Shown: positions 9,554 to 19,271, counted from the first letter of the stretch. The stretch: 64,000 nucleotides of DNA from Aureliella sp. (GCA_044234105.1 JBIIJD010000003.1:36422-100421), one strand, 5' to 3'. Translations and numbers: made by a program. Notes: a model not told the origin generated them from the sequence alone.

Positions 9554-10201
9554 GTGGCTGTCATGAATCGAAAGACGTTTGCTCTCGTAACCCTGGTTCT
9601 CGTGGCAGTCGCTAGTCCTGTTCATGCCCAGCGCTACACTACGCAGGGAGCTGCCGTAGGCGGTGTGACTGGTGCGGTCATTGGCGGATTGATCGGCAAG
9701 CAAACGGACAAGACTACTGGTGGTGCATTGATTGGTGGAGCGGTTGGAGCCGTTGCTGGCGGCATGATGGGACGGAATTACGACAATCAAATGTCCCGAC
9801 AGCGTTACGCTCATCAACAGGCCATGTACTCTCAGCAACAACAGTTTTACACGCAGCAACAGGCCACTGCTCAGTCTGGCGTCAGCATTGCCGACGTACT
9901 TTCGATGAGCCGCACTGGAGTGAGTGATTCAGTGATCATGTCGCAGATGCAGGCCCGAGGCATTCAGCGACGACTTGAAGTAAGCGATATCATATCACTG
10001 CATCAACAAGGCATCAGCGACACCGTCATTTCAGCGATGCAGGCGGCTCCGCTAGCCTCCAATCTGCCTCAGAATATTCCAGCCTACTCCAACCGCACAT
10101 ACGGCTCCCCAGTGATCGTGCAGCCTCAACCGGTTATCGTACACGAACAGCCGGTCATCTACGAACGACACTATCGCACATACCAATCCCATCGTTGGTA
10201 A
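9554..10201 (+). CDS. Secreted glycine-zipper protein
   Basis: Signal peptide MNRKTFALVTLVLVAVASPVHA and glycine zipper GAAVGGVTGAVIGGLIGKQTDKTTGGALIGGAVGAVAGGMMG. The C-terminus has repeated GVSDSVI/GISDTVI motifs. The start may instead be ATG 9563. Confidence 0.65.
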   Translation: MAVMNRKTFALVTLVLVAVASPVHAQRYTTQGAAVGGVTGAVIGGLIGKQTDKTTGGALIGGAVGAVAGGMMGRNYDNQMSRQRYAHQQAMYSQQQQFYTQQQATAQSGVSIADVLSMSRTGVSDSVIMSQMQARGIQRRLEVSDIISLHQQGISDTVISAMQAAPLASNLPQNIPAYSNRTYGSPVIVQPQPVIVHEQPVIYERHYRTYQSHRW

Positions 10202-10347
10202 TCACTGCAATCGACAAAGCTGATACCTTCGTCTTCGAGCCTTGGTTTTGGCACTTAAGCTGCTAGCAACTACTACCAAAGCAACTCTTGCTCGGTCGAT
10301 AATCCCAGATATGCCCTTGGTAGGCAGAAGATCGAGTATTTTCAAGG

Positions 10348-11967
10348 ATGGAACCGATGACGCCGTTACAACCAGACACACAGCTCAGGACATCAACCCA
10401 GCAGAAGCAGTCAGGAAAGGACCGAAGTCAGCCGATTGCAGGGCCTCACTACCCGCTGTGCTGGAGCGAGCAGGTGGGAGTGCAAAGCTTAGCCAACCAT
10501 CAACGGCCAGATATCCAACTGCAAAAGAATTCCATCCCAAGCGTCAGACAAAGCCTAACGCCAGCAAGCGTAGTTCCAAGGCCGCACTTGATTCCCACCG
10601 ATAGCAACGCTCAAAACTATCACTGGGATGCTAGTCAGGCAGCCAGCATTGCTAATGAAATTCGCGTTCCATTGCGGTTGGCAGCAAGTACGGTTCTGAC
10701 TTTCGCTAAGCAGATTCAATCCAACTGCCACCTAACGGTTGAAGACGCACAACGACTGGCTATCGCCAATGCCAATCTCCAGATGGTCAGTCGCTGGATG
10801 GAGTCACTTGGTATGACCAGAATCGGTCAGCCTCAGTTGTCCGGTAGCGGTGTTACACGATGCAGGTTCCGACTGGCGCAGTGGCGCGGCGCGATCGCTC
10901 GAACACTGGAAGAGCTTGCCGCACAGCAGCAAGTGAAACTGGACTGGATCGGTTGGGATTTGGCTTTACCCGATCTATACCTAGACGCAGCACGACTATC
11001 GCGACTACTATTCCATCTGACCATCCACGCGGTTGCGGCCACCGAACCCGGAGGAAAGGTGGTAATTCGCGCTGGCTGGAAAGACCGGCTGTGCGAACGG
11101 ATCGTGATTTGGGTCGAGTACTTGGGACAAGGATTGTCTCCAGAATTAATGCGATGTATCAATCGATTAGCACCCTGGCAGGAGTTGCCTGGCGGTACCA
11201 GTCTGACCATGGCAGCCAAACTGATCGGCGAACTCGGCGGATCCATTTCCGCTCAGACAGGCTCGCGCGGTGGGAACGCAATTGGCATTCTACTGCCTGT
11301 CGACCAGTGCAACAGCTTGGTGAGATCCTGGTTAACTCAAAACGCCATTTCCCAATCGCGTCCAGGTCAACAATACGTGAATGTCTACGCGGTGGGTTGC
11401 CAAACGGAATATGCCGAAACATTCAAAGCAGAGCTCCAAAGTGCCGCTACCGCCAAACAGTTTGTATACCAAGTCACGGCAGCGCGTTGGCTGGTTCTAG
11501 AACTAAAAAGTGCATCAGGCAGTCCCGAATCGATGCTGATGGTGGCGTTACAAAAGAAGCTGGGAGCAACGTCCAGCAAATTTGGAAAGTGGCAGTCGCA
11601 ATCTGTCTTCCGATCCAGCTTGTTCACCTTTGAAACCTTGCTGACTTCAGGAGAGGCCGATGCAAGGATGCCGCAACTAGTATCGCAAATTGCTAAAAGA
11701 ATGCAGCAACTGATCGGCAACCATGAACTGATCACGCAGCCGATCACTTTAGATCAATTGTCACATCCCAATTCAGAAACCCACCGCCCAAGTACCGCCT
11801 TGGACAATACAACTGGCTGGCAGAACAAGGCTTCAGCCACGAACAATCAAGACGCACCTGGTCAGCAGGTCGTCAGTGATATCGTCAAGCAATGGAAATT
11901 GGTTCAAAGCAAGCTAGCTCAATTGCACGATCAACTGGATACTTCAAGCGAACGCCGGATCGCCTAA
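10348..11967 (+). CDS. Histidine-kinase-like protein with degenerate catalytic motifs (probable pseudokinase)
   Basis: HisKA-like helix SIANEIRVPLRLAASTVL has Asn where the phospho-His is expected. The HATPase_c-like region LSRLLFHLTIHAVAATEPGGKVVIRAG...VEYLGQGLSPE...GGTSLTMAAKLIGELGGSI has altered N, G1 and G2 boxes. Confidence 0.55.
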   Translation: MEPMTPLQPDTQLRTSTQQKQSGKDRSQPIAGPHYPLCWSEQVGVQSLANHQRPDIQLQKNSIPSVRQSLTPASVVPRPHLIPTDSNAQNYHWDASQAASIANEIRVPLRLAASTVLTFAKQIQSNCHLTVEDAQRLAIANANLQMVSRWMESLGMTRIGQPQLSGSGVTRCRFRLAQWRGAIARTLEELAAQQQVKLDWIGWDLALPDLYLDAARLSRLLFHLTIHAVAATEPGGKVVIRAGWKDRLCERIVIWVEYLGQGLSPELMRCINRLAPWQELPGGTSLTMAAKLIGELGGSISAQTGSRGGNAIGILLPVDQCNSLVRSWLTQNAISQSRPGQQYVNVYAVGCQTEYAETFKAELQSAATAKQFVYQVTAARWLVLELKSASGSPESMLMVALQKKLGATSSKFGKWQSQSVFRSSLFTFETLLTSGEADARMPQLVSQIAKRMQQLIGNHELITQPITLDQLSHPNSETHRPSTALDNTTGWQNKASATNNQDAPGQQVVSDIVKQWKLVQSKLAQLHDQLDTSSERRIA

Positions 11968-11980
11968 CATCCACGTATCC

Positions 11981-13768
11981 CTAAGCAATGCTTTGCTGAA
12001 ACCTTTCCGTTAAACTTGCCAGCGCTTGCTTGGCTGACCCACTATCGACAACCACGTTCACCCTCAGCTCACTGGTGTTAATCATATCTACGTTCACACC
12101 AGAATTCGCCAAGGCCTGAAACATACCAATCGCCACGCTCGTATGACTTCGCAGGCCTATTCCGCTAACGGATAGTTTACAGATCTGCGGACTACCCGTA
12201 ACGGTATGCACGCCAAACTGTTTCTTGAACGACTCGACAACCTGCAGGCATTTCTGGTACTGCTGTCTAGGAATCGTAAAACTGATACTTGTAATACCTT
12301 GGTAGCCATCACAGCTTTGGACGATCATGTCTACGTTGACGCCAGCGGCAGCCACGTGACTAAAGACGTTGGCTGCCAAGCCTGGGGAATCGGGCACACC
12401 GGACAAGGTGATACGAGCCTGATCGTCTGACATGCTGATGTCGCTCAATTGCAACTGCTCCATGTCCGCCGCATGTAGATCCTTGACTAGCTTGTCCAAA
12501 TCCGCCTGCGAGCCCTTCCGGGTGGGCAACGTTGACCACTTGACCGCATCTGCCGGAGTCTTGTGTAGTTCAAACGCTTGATGCACGGCGCGCAGTGCCG
12601 CTTGAGCCTGCCCACGTGACACCAAAATCGAAATCTTAATCTCACTGGTGGTGATCATCTGAATATTGATACCGGCATCTGCCACAGCCTGGAACATTCG
12701 TTGTGCAACGCCGGTCTGCGAAGCCATACCCAAGCCAACCACGCTTACTTTGGACACATCGTCATCGTACGTACATCCAGTCGCCCCTACCTGCTGGACA
12801 GCTTGACCCAACACCTGCAAGGCCTGCTTGAGTTCTTGCTTGAGTACCGTAAAGGAGACATCAGCCCGACGTTCTTCGCCGACGTTCTGTACGATCATAT
12901 CCACATCAATCTTGTTTTCAGCCAGCAACTGAAAGACTTGAAGCGACGTTCCAGGCACGTCGGGGACACCCTGAACCGTAATTCTGGCTTCGTCCCGAGT
13001 CATGGCAGCACCACACACGACAGAGCTAGGCGACTCACTTTCGCTAACGATCAATGTGCCCATGGTATCACTGAAACTGCTACGCACATGAATGGGCACT
13101 CCGTACTTCTTGGCGAATTCAATCGACCGATTGTGCATGACCCCAGCTCCCAGACTTGCCAGTTCCAGCATTTCGTCATAGCTAATCTGACTGATATGAC
13201 GCGCTTCGGGCAACTGACGTGGATCAGTCGTATAAACGCCGTCTACGTCGGTGTGAATCTCGCACGCATCGGCTCGAAGCACAGCAGCCAATGCTACAGC
13301 CGTTGTGTCGCTTCCTCCACGGCCCAGGGTCGTGATGTTAAAGTCTTGATCGATGCCTTGAAATCCAGCAGCAATTACTATGTTTCCTTCGTTCAGGAAC
13401 TTGCGGATTCGATCCGCATCAATCGTGCGAATTCTGGCCTTCGTAAATGAACTGTCGGTTTGAATGCCCATCTGAGCACCGGTCAAGCTGACCGCTTTGT
13501 AGCCTAATGCATGCACGGCCATGGCCATGAGCGCAACGCTGACCTGTTCGCCCGTTGAAAGTAGCATATCCATTTCTCGAGCCGGTGGATTGTCGCTCAC
13601 CTGGCTTGCCAAGTCGATCAACAGATCGGTGTTATGGCCCATGGCGCTGACTACCACAACTACCTGCTTGCCCTGCTGCTGAGCACGGATCGCCTTACGG
13701 GCGGCAGCCAAGATCTTCTCCGGGTCTGCGACACTGGTACCACCAAACTTCTGCACAACAAGGGTCAT
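11981..13768 (-). CDS. lysC: Aspartate kinase with a duplicated ACT regulatory region (four ACT domains)
   Basis: N-terminus MTLVVQKFGGTSVADPEKI...VVVVSAMGHNTDLL. Two internally repeated ACT pairs: ARITVQGVPDVPGTSLQVFQLL.../VSKVSVVGLGMASQTGVAQRMF... and ARITLSGVPDSPGLAANVFSHV.../ICKLSVSGIGLRSHTSVAIGMF... Confidence 0.95.
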   Translation of the reverse strand: MTLVVQKFGGTSVADPEKILAAARKAIRAQQQGKQVVVVVSAMGHNTDLLIDLASQVSDNPPAREMDMLLSTGEQVSVALMAMAVHALGYKAVSLTGAQMGIQTDSSFTKARIRTIDADRIRKFLNEGNIVIAAGFQGIDQDFNITTLGRGGSDTTAVALAAVLRADACEIHTDVDGVYTTDPRQLPEARHISQISYDEMLELASLGAGVMHNRSIEFAKKYGVPIHVRSSFSDTMGTLIVSESESPSSVVCGAAMTRDEARITVQGVPDVPGTSLQVFQLLAENKIDVDMIVQNVGEERRADVSFTVLKQELKQALQVLGQAVQQVGATGCTYDDDVSKVSVVGLGMASQTGVAQRMFQAVADAGINIQMITTSEIKISILVSRGQAQAALRAVHQAFELHKTPADAVKWSTLPTRKGSQADLDKLVKDLHAADMEQLQLSDISMSDDQARITLSGVPDSPGLAANVFSHVAAAGVNVDMIVQSCDGYQGITSISFTIPRQQYQKCLQVVESFKKQFGVHTVTGSPQICKLSVSGIGLRSHTSVAIGMFQALANSGVNVDMINTSELRVNVVVDSGSAKQALASLTERFQQSIA

Positions 13769-13829
13769 AGCTAGTCAACTACCTTTTTTCTCAATGAAGT
13801 AACAAAATATTTATTGGCCGTGGTCTCTA

Positions 13830-15038
13830 TTACCAAGAGCCTTTAATAAACTGAGCCATCATTTCCCAGCCATTGGGAAAACTAATCCGCGAACCGGCTG
13901 CAACCATTTCATCATATTCATCACCGTGCCCGTGGATGCCCGTTCCGCACAATGCCAGCGGGACCATGCCATGACTGTGTTTCTTAGTGCTGCAAGGCGT
14001 GGGATGATCGGGCAGCACCAGCAGCCGATACTGGTCAAAAGTTTCCAGCTTGCGCCGTACCGGCCCCACGATGTGCTGATCGATCGACTCCAAAGCCTTG
14101 ATCTTTTCCAAATGTCGTCCCTCATGCGACGCTTCGTCGGTCGCTTCCACGTGAACGCAAACGATGTCGTAACGATCCAGCGCATCGACGGCAGCTTGCC
14201 CCTTGCCAGCATAATTGGTGTCCAGGTAGCCCGTCGCCCCTTCCACTTCCAACCGATCCCAGCCAATTAGAGCCGCAAGCCCGCGCAGCAAGTCGACTGC
14301 CGTAATCATGGCACCGCTAAGACCAAATCGCTCGATAAATGATGGCAACTGCGGAGCTCCACCCAACCCCCACAACCACACGTTGGTGGCCGGTCGCTTG
14401 CCCTCTGCCATGCGCCGTTGATTGACCGGGTGATTGGCAAACACCGCCTCGGAACGCTGCATGATGTCTGTCAGCAAATCACTGCCGGTGCCACGTGGAT
14501 GTTCGTCTGTGATCGGCAGGTCGGTCAGATCGTGTGGTGCCCGAGTTCGCGTATCCGACGAAAACGGTGGTTTTTGCCCGGGTGCACCGCGATAAATCAT
14601 CAAGTTCCGGTAGCTAACTCCAGGCACAAACTGGAGGTGTGAATCGCCCACTTCCTGCGCAAGCGTCGCTAGTAGACTGGTGGCCTGGTCGGTCGAGATG
14701 TGATCTGCCGTAAAGTCGACCATGATTTGATCTAGAACTGTCACCAAGTTGCAGCGAACAGCCCAGTCATCTGGCCCCAACTGGATGTTTTGAGCGGCAG
14801 CTTCAATCGGCGCGCGGCCCGTAAAATACTGGTTGGGATCGTATCCAAACAGCGTCATATTGGCCACTTCACTACCGGCTGGAAAATGCGCTGGAACGTT
14901 GTCGGTCTGAGCCACCAAACCGTCCCGCGCCACGGCATCCATGTTTGGAATCTTGGCTACCTGCAGCGGCGTCTTGCCGCCCAAAGCATCTAGTGGCAAG
15001 TCGGCACATCCATCCGGAATGATAATCGCATATTTCAT
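13830..15038 (-). CDS. Cofactor-independent phosphoglycerate mutase-like protein (ApgM family), proposed non-orthologous homoserine kinase
   Basis: MKYAIIIPDGCADLPLDALGGKTPLQVAKIPNMDAVARDG...PAGSEVANMTLFGYDP is typical of the archaeal-type iPGM / proposed homoserine kinase family. Start chosen at MKY (15038); the longer track ORF overlaps hom. It lies between hom and lysC. Confidence 0.8.
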   Translation of the reverse strand: MKYAIIIPDGCADLPLDALGGKTPLQVAKIPNMDAVARDGLVAQTDNVPAHFPAGSEVANMTLFGYDPNQYFTGRAPIEAAAQNIQLGPDDWAVRCNLVTVLDQIMVDFTADHISTDQATSLLATLAQEVGDSHLQFVPGVSYRNLMIYRGAPGQKPPFSSDTRTRAPHDLTDLPITDEHPRGTGSDLLTDIMQRSEAVFANHPVNQRRMAEGKRPATNVWLWGLGGAPQLPSFIERFGLSGAMITAVDLLRGLAALIGWDRLEVEGATGYLDTNYAGKGQAAVDALDRYDIVCVHVEATDEASHEGRHLEKIKALESIDQHIVGPVRRKLETFDQYRLLVLPDHPTPCSTKKHSHGMVPLALCGTGIHGHGDEYDEMVAAGSRISFPNGWEMMAQFIKGSW

Positions 15039-15126
15039 ATTGATGTTTTCGTTAGCTTTGTAGTTCAAAACTATTGGAAGTCGCCACAATGCAGTTACGA
15101 AACGGCAAGGGCAACACCGCAGTTGG

Positions 15127-16455
15127 TCAATTTTTGCGCCGAGCCTCCAAGACTCGCAATCGCACTGATTTTCCTTGCACAACGGGCAATTTCATGATGC
15201 GCTGCTCGGCTCGCTTGGCAGCACCTTCGGGAGCGTCATGAGTCATGATGACCACATTGATAGGCTGGGACACACCCACCGCAACGCTATCCGGATCTGA
15301 TTCGTGCTGAATAATGGAAGCGATCGACAGTTTCTCCTCGCCCAGAATCGTCGCAATCTGAGCCATCACGCCAGGTTGGTCCAACACTTCAAACCGCATG
15401 TAATATCGTCCAGGCAGCTCATCAAGCGGCAGTAGCGTCACCGGTGATTGCCGGTCGCTCCATAGCTCCAAAGTGCGAAAAGTGATCTTCGCGCGACCCA
15501 CGGCCACGTCGATCATATCAGCGGCCACGGCTGACGCCGTGGGCATTTGCCCGGCACCTTGGCCATGAAAAAACAGATCTCCCACCGCATCACCCACAAC
15601 GCTGATCGCGTTGTAGTTGGCCCTAACTTCAGCCAGTGGCTGCCCCTTGCGAATCAGAGTGGGTGATACATTCAATTCCAACTTCCCATCGACCAATTTG
15701 GCATGAGCAATCAGCTTGATGCGATACCCAAGTTCAGCCGCAAAGGCTAGATCGACAGTCTGCAACTGGTCAATTCCAGTACGCGAAATGTCTTGCCATT
15801 TAAGCCGCGCACCAAAAGCTAGGTGAGCCAAAATCGCTAGCTTCTGAGCGGCGTCGCTGCCATCGACATCCATCGTGGGATCGGCTTCGGCAAATCCCAA
15901 TCGCTGAGCTTCCTGTAGTGCAGCCTGGTAAGGCCAGCCTTGATCGTCCATTTTGTAGACGATGAAATTGCTGGTACCATTCAGGATGCCTTGCAGTGCC
16001 AGCACTTGATTGGCCGAAAGGCACTGGCTAATGTTTGCAATGATCGGAATACCGCCAGCGACCGCCGCCTCAAAAGCGATACAACGTCCCAGCGCCCTAG
16101 CTCGGTCGAATAACTCAGCCCCGTGTTCGGCCAGAAGTGCCTTATTCGCGGTCACCACGTCTTTGCCAGATTCCAACAACTTAAGCGTTATGCTGCGAGC
16201 AGGTTCCAGTCCACCAACCAGCATCGCCACGATCTTGATCTCTGGATCTCGCAGAACTTCATTCAGATCGTCAGTGACCGTCCCTTGCGGCAATTCACAC
16301 AACCGCTCTTTAGTCAGATCACGGACAACCGCTCGTTCCAACCACAACTGCTTTCCCACGTTGCGAGAGAACCGCTGTCCATGGTCCACCAGCAATCGGG
16401 CAACGCCGCTGCCAACCGTACCCAACCCAACGATGGCTACTTTTATTCTTTCCAT
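15127..16455 (-). CDS. hom: Homoserine dehydrogenase
   Basis: MERIKVAIVGLGTVGSGVARLL NAD-binding fold, catalytic region GILNGTSNFI...AEADPTMDVDGSDAAQKLAILA, and a C-terminal ACT-like domain. Confidence 0.95.
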   Translation of the reverse strand: MERIKVAIVGLGTVGSGVARLLVDHGQRFSRNVGKQLWLERAVVRDLTKERLCELPQGTVTDDLNEVLRDPEIKIVAMLVGGLEPARSITLKLLESGKDVVTANKALLAEHGAELFDRARALGRCIAFEAAVAGGIPIIANISQCLSANQVLALQGILNGTSNFIVYKMDDQGWPYQAALQEAQRLGFAEADPTMDVDGSDAAQKLAILAHLAFGARLKWQDISRTGIDQLQTVDLAFAAELGYRIKLIAHAKLVDGKLELNVSPTLIRKGQPLAEVRANYNAISVVGDAVGDLFFHGQGAGQMPTASAVAADMIDVAVGRAKITFRTLELWSDRQSPVTLLPLDELPGRYYMRFEVLDQPGVMAQIATILGEEKLSIASIIQHESDPDSVAVGVSQPINVVIMTHDAPEGAAKRAEQRIMKLPVVQGKSVRLRVLEARRKN

Positions 16456-16758
16456 AAAATGGATTTCCGCTTAGAGTCATTGCGGGGGCAACTCTTTTAA
16501 CAGACGTGTTGCCCGCAACTAGCAAAACGCATGAATTCTGACAAATACTAACCTTTCACCCCCCAATCGGACGTTGGGCAATTGCCCCGGTTTTCGCAGA
16601 TTGTACAGCCAAAACCAGGGCAAAGATTCAGCGGCCGGTCGCCAAATATGGTAACCTCAAGCTGCCGAAAGTGCAGGGGGGCAAAAATAAGGTCGTGGCG
16701 ACACTTCTCGCTGATCGGACGTAATGGTTTGAACAAATTCGTGCTCGTGCTCAATGAA

Positions 16759-16870
16759 ATGGTGCTACTCGGAGAAATCACCGAGAAAATCATCGGTTGT
16801 GTGCTTGAAATCATCAATGCGTAGGAAATCGGGTTTCTTGCATCAGTCAACGTATTGAAATCAACCCGTA
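16759..16870 (+). pseudogene. Possible N-terminal remnant of a GxxExxY (PDDEXK_3-type) protein gene, interrupted by TAG
   Basis: Translation MVLLGEITEKIIGCVLEIINA*EIGFLASVNVLKST resembles the family N-terminus (EIxxxIIxxxxEVHxxLGxGFLESVYxxAL). It contains a stop and loses similarity after about 40 codons. Confidence 0.25.
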
Positions 16871-16956
16871 CATCTTGTCCATCCATGTTCATTCATTTTG
16901 TTCGCAAACCTTTGCTTAGGTGCTTAGTATCAAAATCGTTGAACTATCACAACATA

Positions 16957-19266
16957 CTAGGGCGGCTGCGCATCGCCTTTGGCCGGAACTAGATCTGGAT
17001 CATAATAGGCTTGGCCCTGTTGATACTGGACTATCCTCTGGCGGGCCTTCTCTGCTTCCTCTGGCTTTGACTGTTCGTCTAGAAGGTCTTCCGCCTGCTT
17101 CATAGCTTCCACAGCTTTTGCAAAGTCTCCGGCGGCAGCATGGGAAGCGGCAAGTGTGTCTAAGAATTCGGGAACCTTGTTTTTGGTCTTCTGACATACT
17201 TCATTGGCAAGTTGGACAGCGCGATTGCCATCGCGCACGCTATCCGGCCCGGTAGACAAGATCCAAGCCAAATTGTTCGCCACTAAAATCTGCCCTGGCT
17301 TCAGTAGCATCGCTTCCTCTAGCTCCTGAACCGCTTCATGCATCGCACCCTGCTGCATCAGAGCGATACCCAAGTCCGCATGCGCCTCGAACGACTTAAC
17401 ATCGATCGCCAGCATGCCGCGAAAGTGTTCCACCGCGGTATCCACATTTCCTTTTCGCAACTCCAGTCTCCCAAGCGATCGCTTGGTCTCCAAGGACAAC
17501 GGGTCAATATCCATCGCGCGTTGCAATGTTTCTTCTGCCTTAGCCAATTTCCCCTGTTCTATCTGAACATGCGCCAGCTTGGCAATCGTCACGGCGCTGT
17601 CCGGCTGAATCTCAAGAGCGCGACCTAGCAACCTTTCGGCACCCGCCCAATCCTGCTTGGCCGAAAGCGCATTGGACATATTGACGTACGCTGGAGCAAG
17701 CAACGGATTTTCCTTGATTGCCAACTCAAAATACTCAACCGCCTCTTCGTGCCGTTCCTGATCGCTCAACCCAGTGGCCACGCTGAAGTAGGTAACCGCA
17801 TCCGAGTGATATTTGGGTTGCGGCCAACAACTGAAGAGCCCAACGACTAGCGCCAAGGCTCCAGCCACCGCAAGCTCTCGCCATTTTTGTTCCGCGTCCA
17901 TGCGTAACATCACTAGGCATTGGACTAAGGCCGCAGCAGCAAATAGGATGACCATCGGAACCAATGGAAATCGGTAGCGGGCAAACACAAAGAACAGCGT
18001 GACTGCCAGCGCAAAGCTGATTGTAAGACCATGGACCGCCCAAAGCTGCCGCCAACGATGCCTGGTTAACCACGCACCGCCTGCCGCCACGGCCGTGACC
18101 ACTCCAAAATCCAGAAACCAGCATAACACGGTTAGAATCGGTGAGTAGCGGGCGTGAACGCGAATCCCTTCACCATCTACCAGTTCGACTTGATTCCATG
18201 TCAAAAACCACTTTCGACCCAGTAGCCAAATCCAGCGCAATGGATCAGCCATGATGTCTTCGCGCGACCGCCGCATCCAGTACTGAGATACTTCGCGTGG
18301 AGACAGTTGCCTACCTTCGGCCTGTTCCGCTAGCAGCCTAGCGTCCGTTGCTTCAAAGCGTGCATCGCCCCGATCAGGCCGCAACGGAACATACAAACCC
18401 ACTGCCTGACTGTTGTTGCCGATGTAGAAGTTCGGTCCCATCTGGGACGTTGTCAACAGGAACTCGCCACCCACATAATAGTTTCGCAGACCCACCGGAA
18501 CTAGCATCAGCGCCATCCCTAATACCAGAGCGGGCACCCCAACCCAACGCTGGATCTTGTCTTGCGTCTGCCAGCCAATCCAGATCAGCCACATCAATAA
18601 CACCGGCAAAAAGACCCAGGCGTTTTCTCGGTTTAGGATCAACGCACCAAGAACCATTCCCAATCCAAGTACAGCCCACAACGTCTGCCTTTGCTGTATC
18701 CTGCTGATCAACCACAGGAGAGCACACACTAACACCAGATCCAGCGAGGCTTTTTGCAAAATTCCGTCGAAAAAAATCGCCGGCGGATAAGCGGCTAACA
18801 GCAGGCCGGATATCCAGCCCACGCGACTATCAAACAACCGAGTTCCGGTTCGAGCCAGTAAGACACAGGCAAGACCGCCCATGAGAGCTTGAACGCTGCG
18901 AGCGATCCAAACCGAATGCCCGAAAACAAAATATAAGACTCCTAACAAGTACGGATAAAGCGGAGTCTGATAAAAGACCGTAGTGCCAATCCATTGTCCT
19001 TCCGCAATCGAACGCCCCCAACGATCATACTGCCACGCATCGCCTATCAGCACATCGTAGATGGCCGTTTGGGACATCGACACAAAGTGAATCACCCGAA
19101 GCAGAACGGCCACAACAAACACAACGCAAACCTGAAACCGCCACCACCGATCATTCTGATCCACACCAGTGCTGCGATCTCCCTCACGCGGCAGTGCAAC
19201 ATCCGGCCTTTTCAATTGCTCAGCTCTTTTCGTCGATTTCCGTTGGCGTTTTGCTGGCATGGACAA
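16957..19266 (-). CDS. GT39/ArnT-like glycosyltransferase-fold membrane protein with C-terminal TPR repeats
   Basis: 769 aa. The N-terminal ~480 aa are polytopic (…YPPAIFFDGILQKASLDL…LNRENAW…). The C-terminus has multiple TPR units (EAVEYFELAIKENPLLAPAYVNMSNAL..., ALEIQPDSAVTIAKLAHVQ...). Clear paralog of 40711..42903. Confidence 0.8.
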   Translation of the reverse strand: MSMPAKRQRKSTKRAEQLKRPDVALPREGDRSTGVDQNDRWWRFQVCVVFVVAVLLRVIHFVSMSQTAIYDVLIGDAWQYDRWGRSIAEGQWIGTTVFYQTPLYPYLLGVLYFVFGHSVWIARSVQALMGGLACVLLARTGTRLFDSRVGWISGLLLAAYPPAIFFDGILQKASLDLVLVCALLWLISRIQQRQTLWAVLGLGMVLGALILNRENAWVFLPVLLMWLIWIGWQTQDKIQRWVGVPALVLGMALMLVPVGLRNYYVGGEFLLTTSQMGPNFYIGNNSQAVGLYVPLRPDRGDARFEATDARLLAEQAEGRQLSPREVSQYWMRRSREDIMADPLRWIWLLGRKWFLTWNQVELVDGEGIRVHARYSPILTVLCWFLDFGVVTAVAAGGAWLTRHRWRQLWAVHGLTISFALAVTLFFVFARYRFPLVPMVILFAAAALVQCLVMLRMDAEQKWRELAVAGALALVVGLFSCWPQPKYHSDAVTYFSVATGLSDQERHEEAVEYFELAIKENPLLAPAYVNMSNALSAKQDWAGAERLLGRALEIQPDSAVTIAKLAHVQIEQGKLAKAEETLQRAMDIDPLSLETKRSLGRLELRKGNVDTAVEHFRGMLAIDVKSFEAHADLGIALMQQGAMHEAVQELEEAMLLKPGQILVANNLAWILSTGPDSVRDGNRAVQLANEVCQKTKNKVPEFLDTLAASHAAAGDFAKAVEAMKQAEDLLDEQSKPEEAEKARQRIVQYQQGQAYYDPDLVPAKGDAQPP

Positions 19267-19271
19267 ATCAA

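Noticed and set aside
10891-10898. The octamer GCGATCGC (HIP1-like palindrome) occurs at least six times: 10891, 17475, 19811, 22560, 43632 and 48161.
   Set aside because: This is only a few-fold above a rough composition-based expectation of about 1-2. Five of the six copies lie inside coding sequence, where Ala-Ile-Ala-type codon strings produce the octamer. A proper k-mer enrichment calculation on the whole genome is needed before calling it a HIP-like element.
16548-16892. 114-aa minus-strand ORF with a Cys-rich tail (LCPGFGCTICENRGNCP) between hom and the GT39-TPR gene.
   Set aside because: It has no recognisable family and poor composition. The plus strand of the same region reads as a decayed GxxExxY fragment. 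I treat the ORF as probably spurious.
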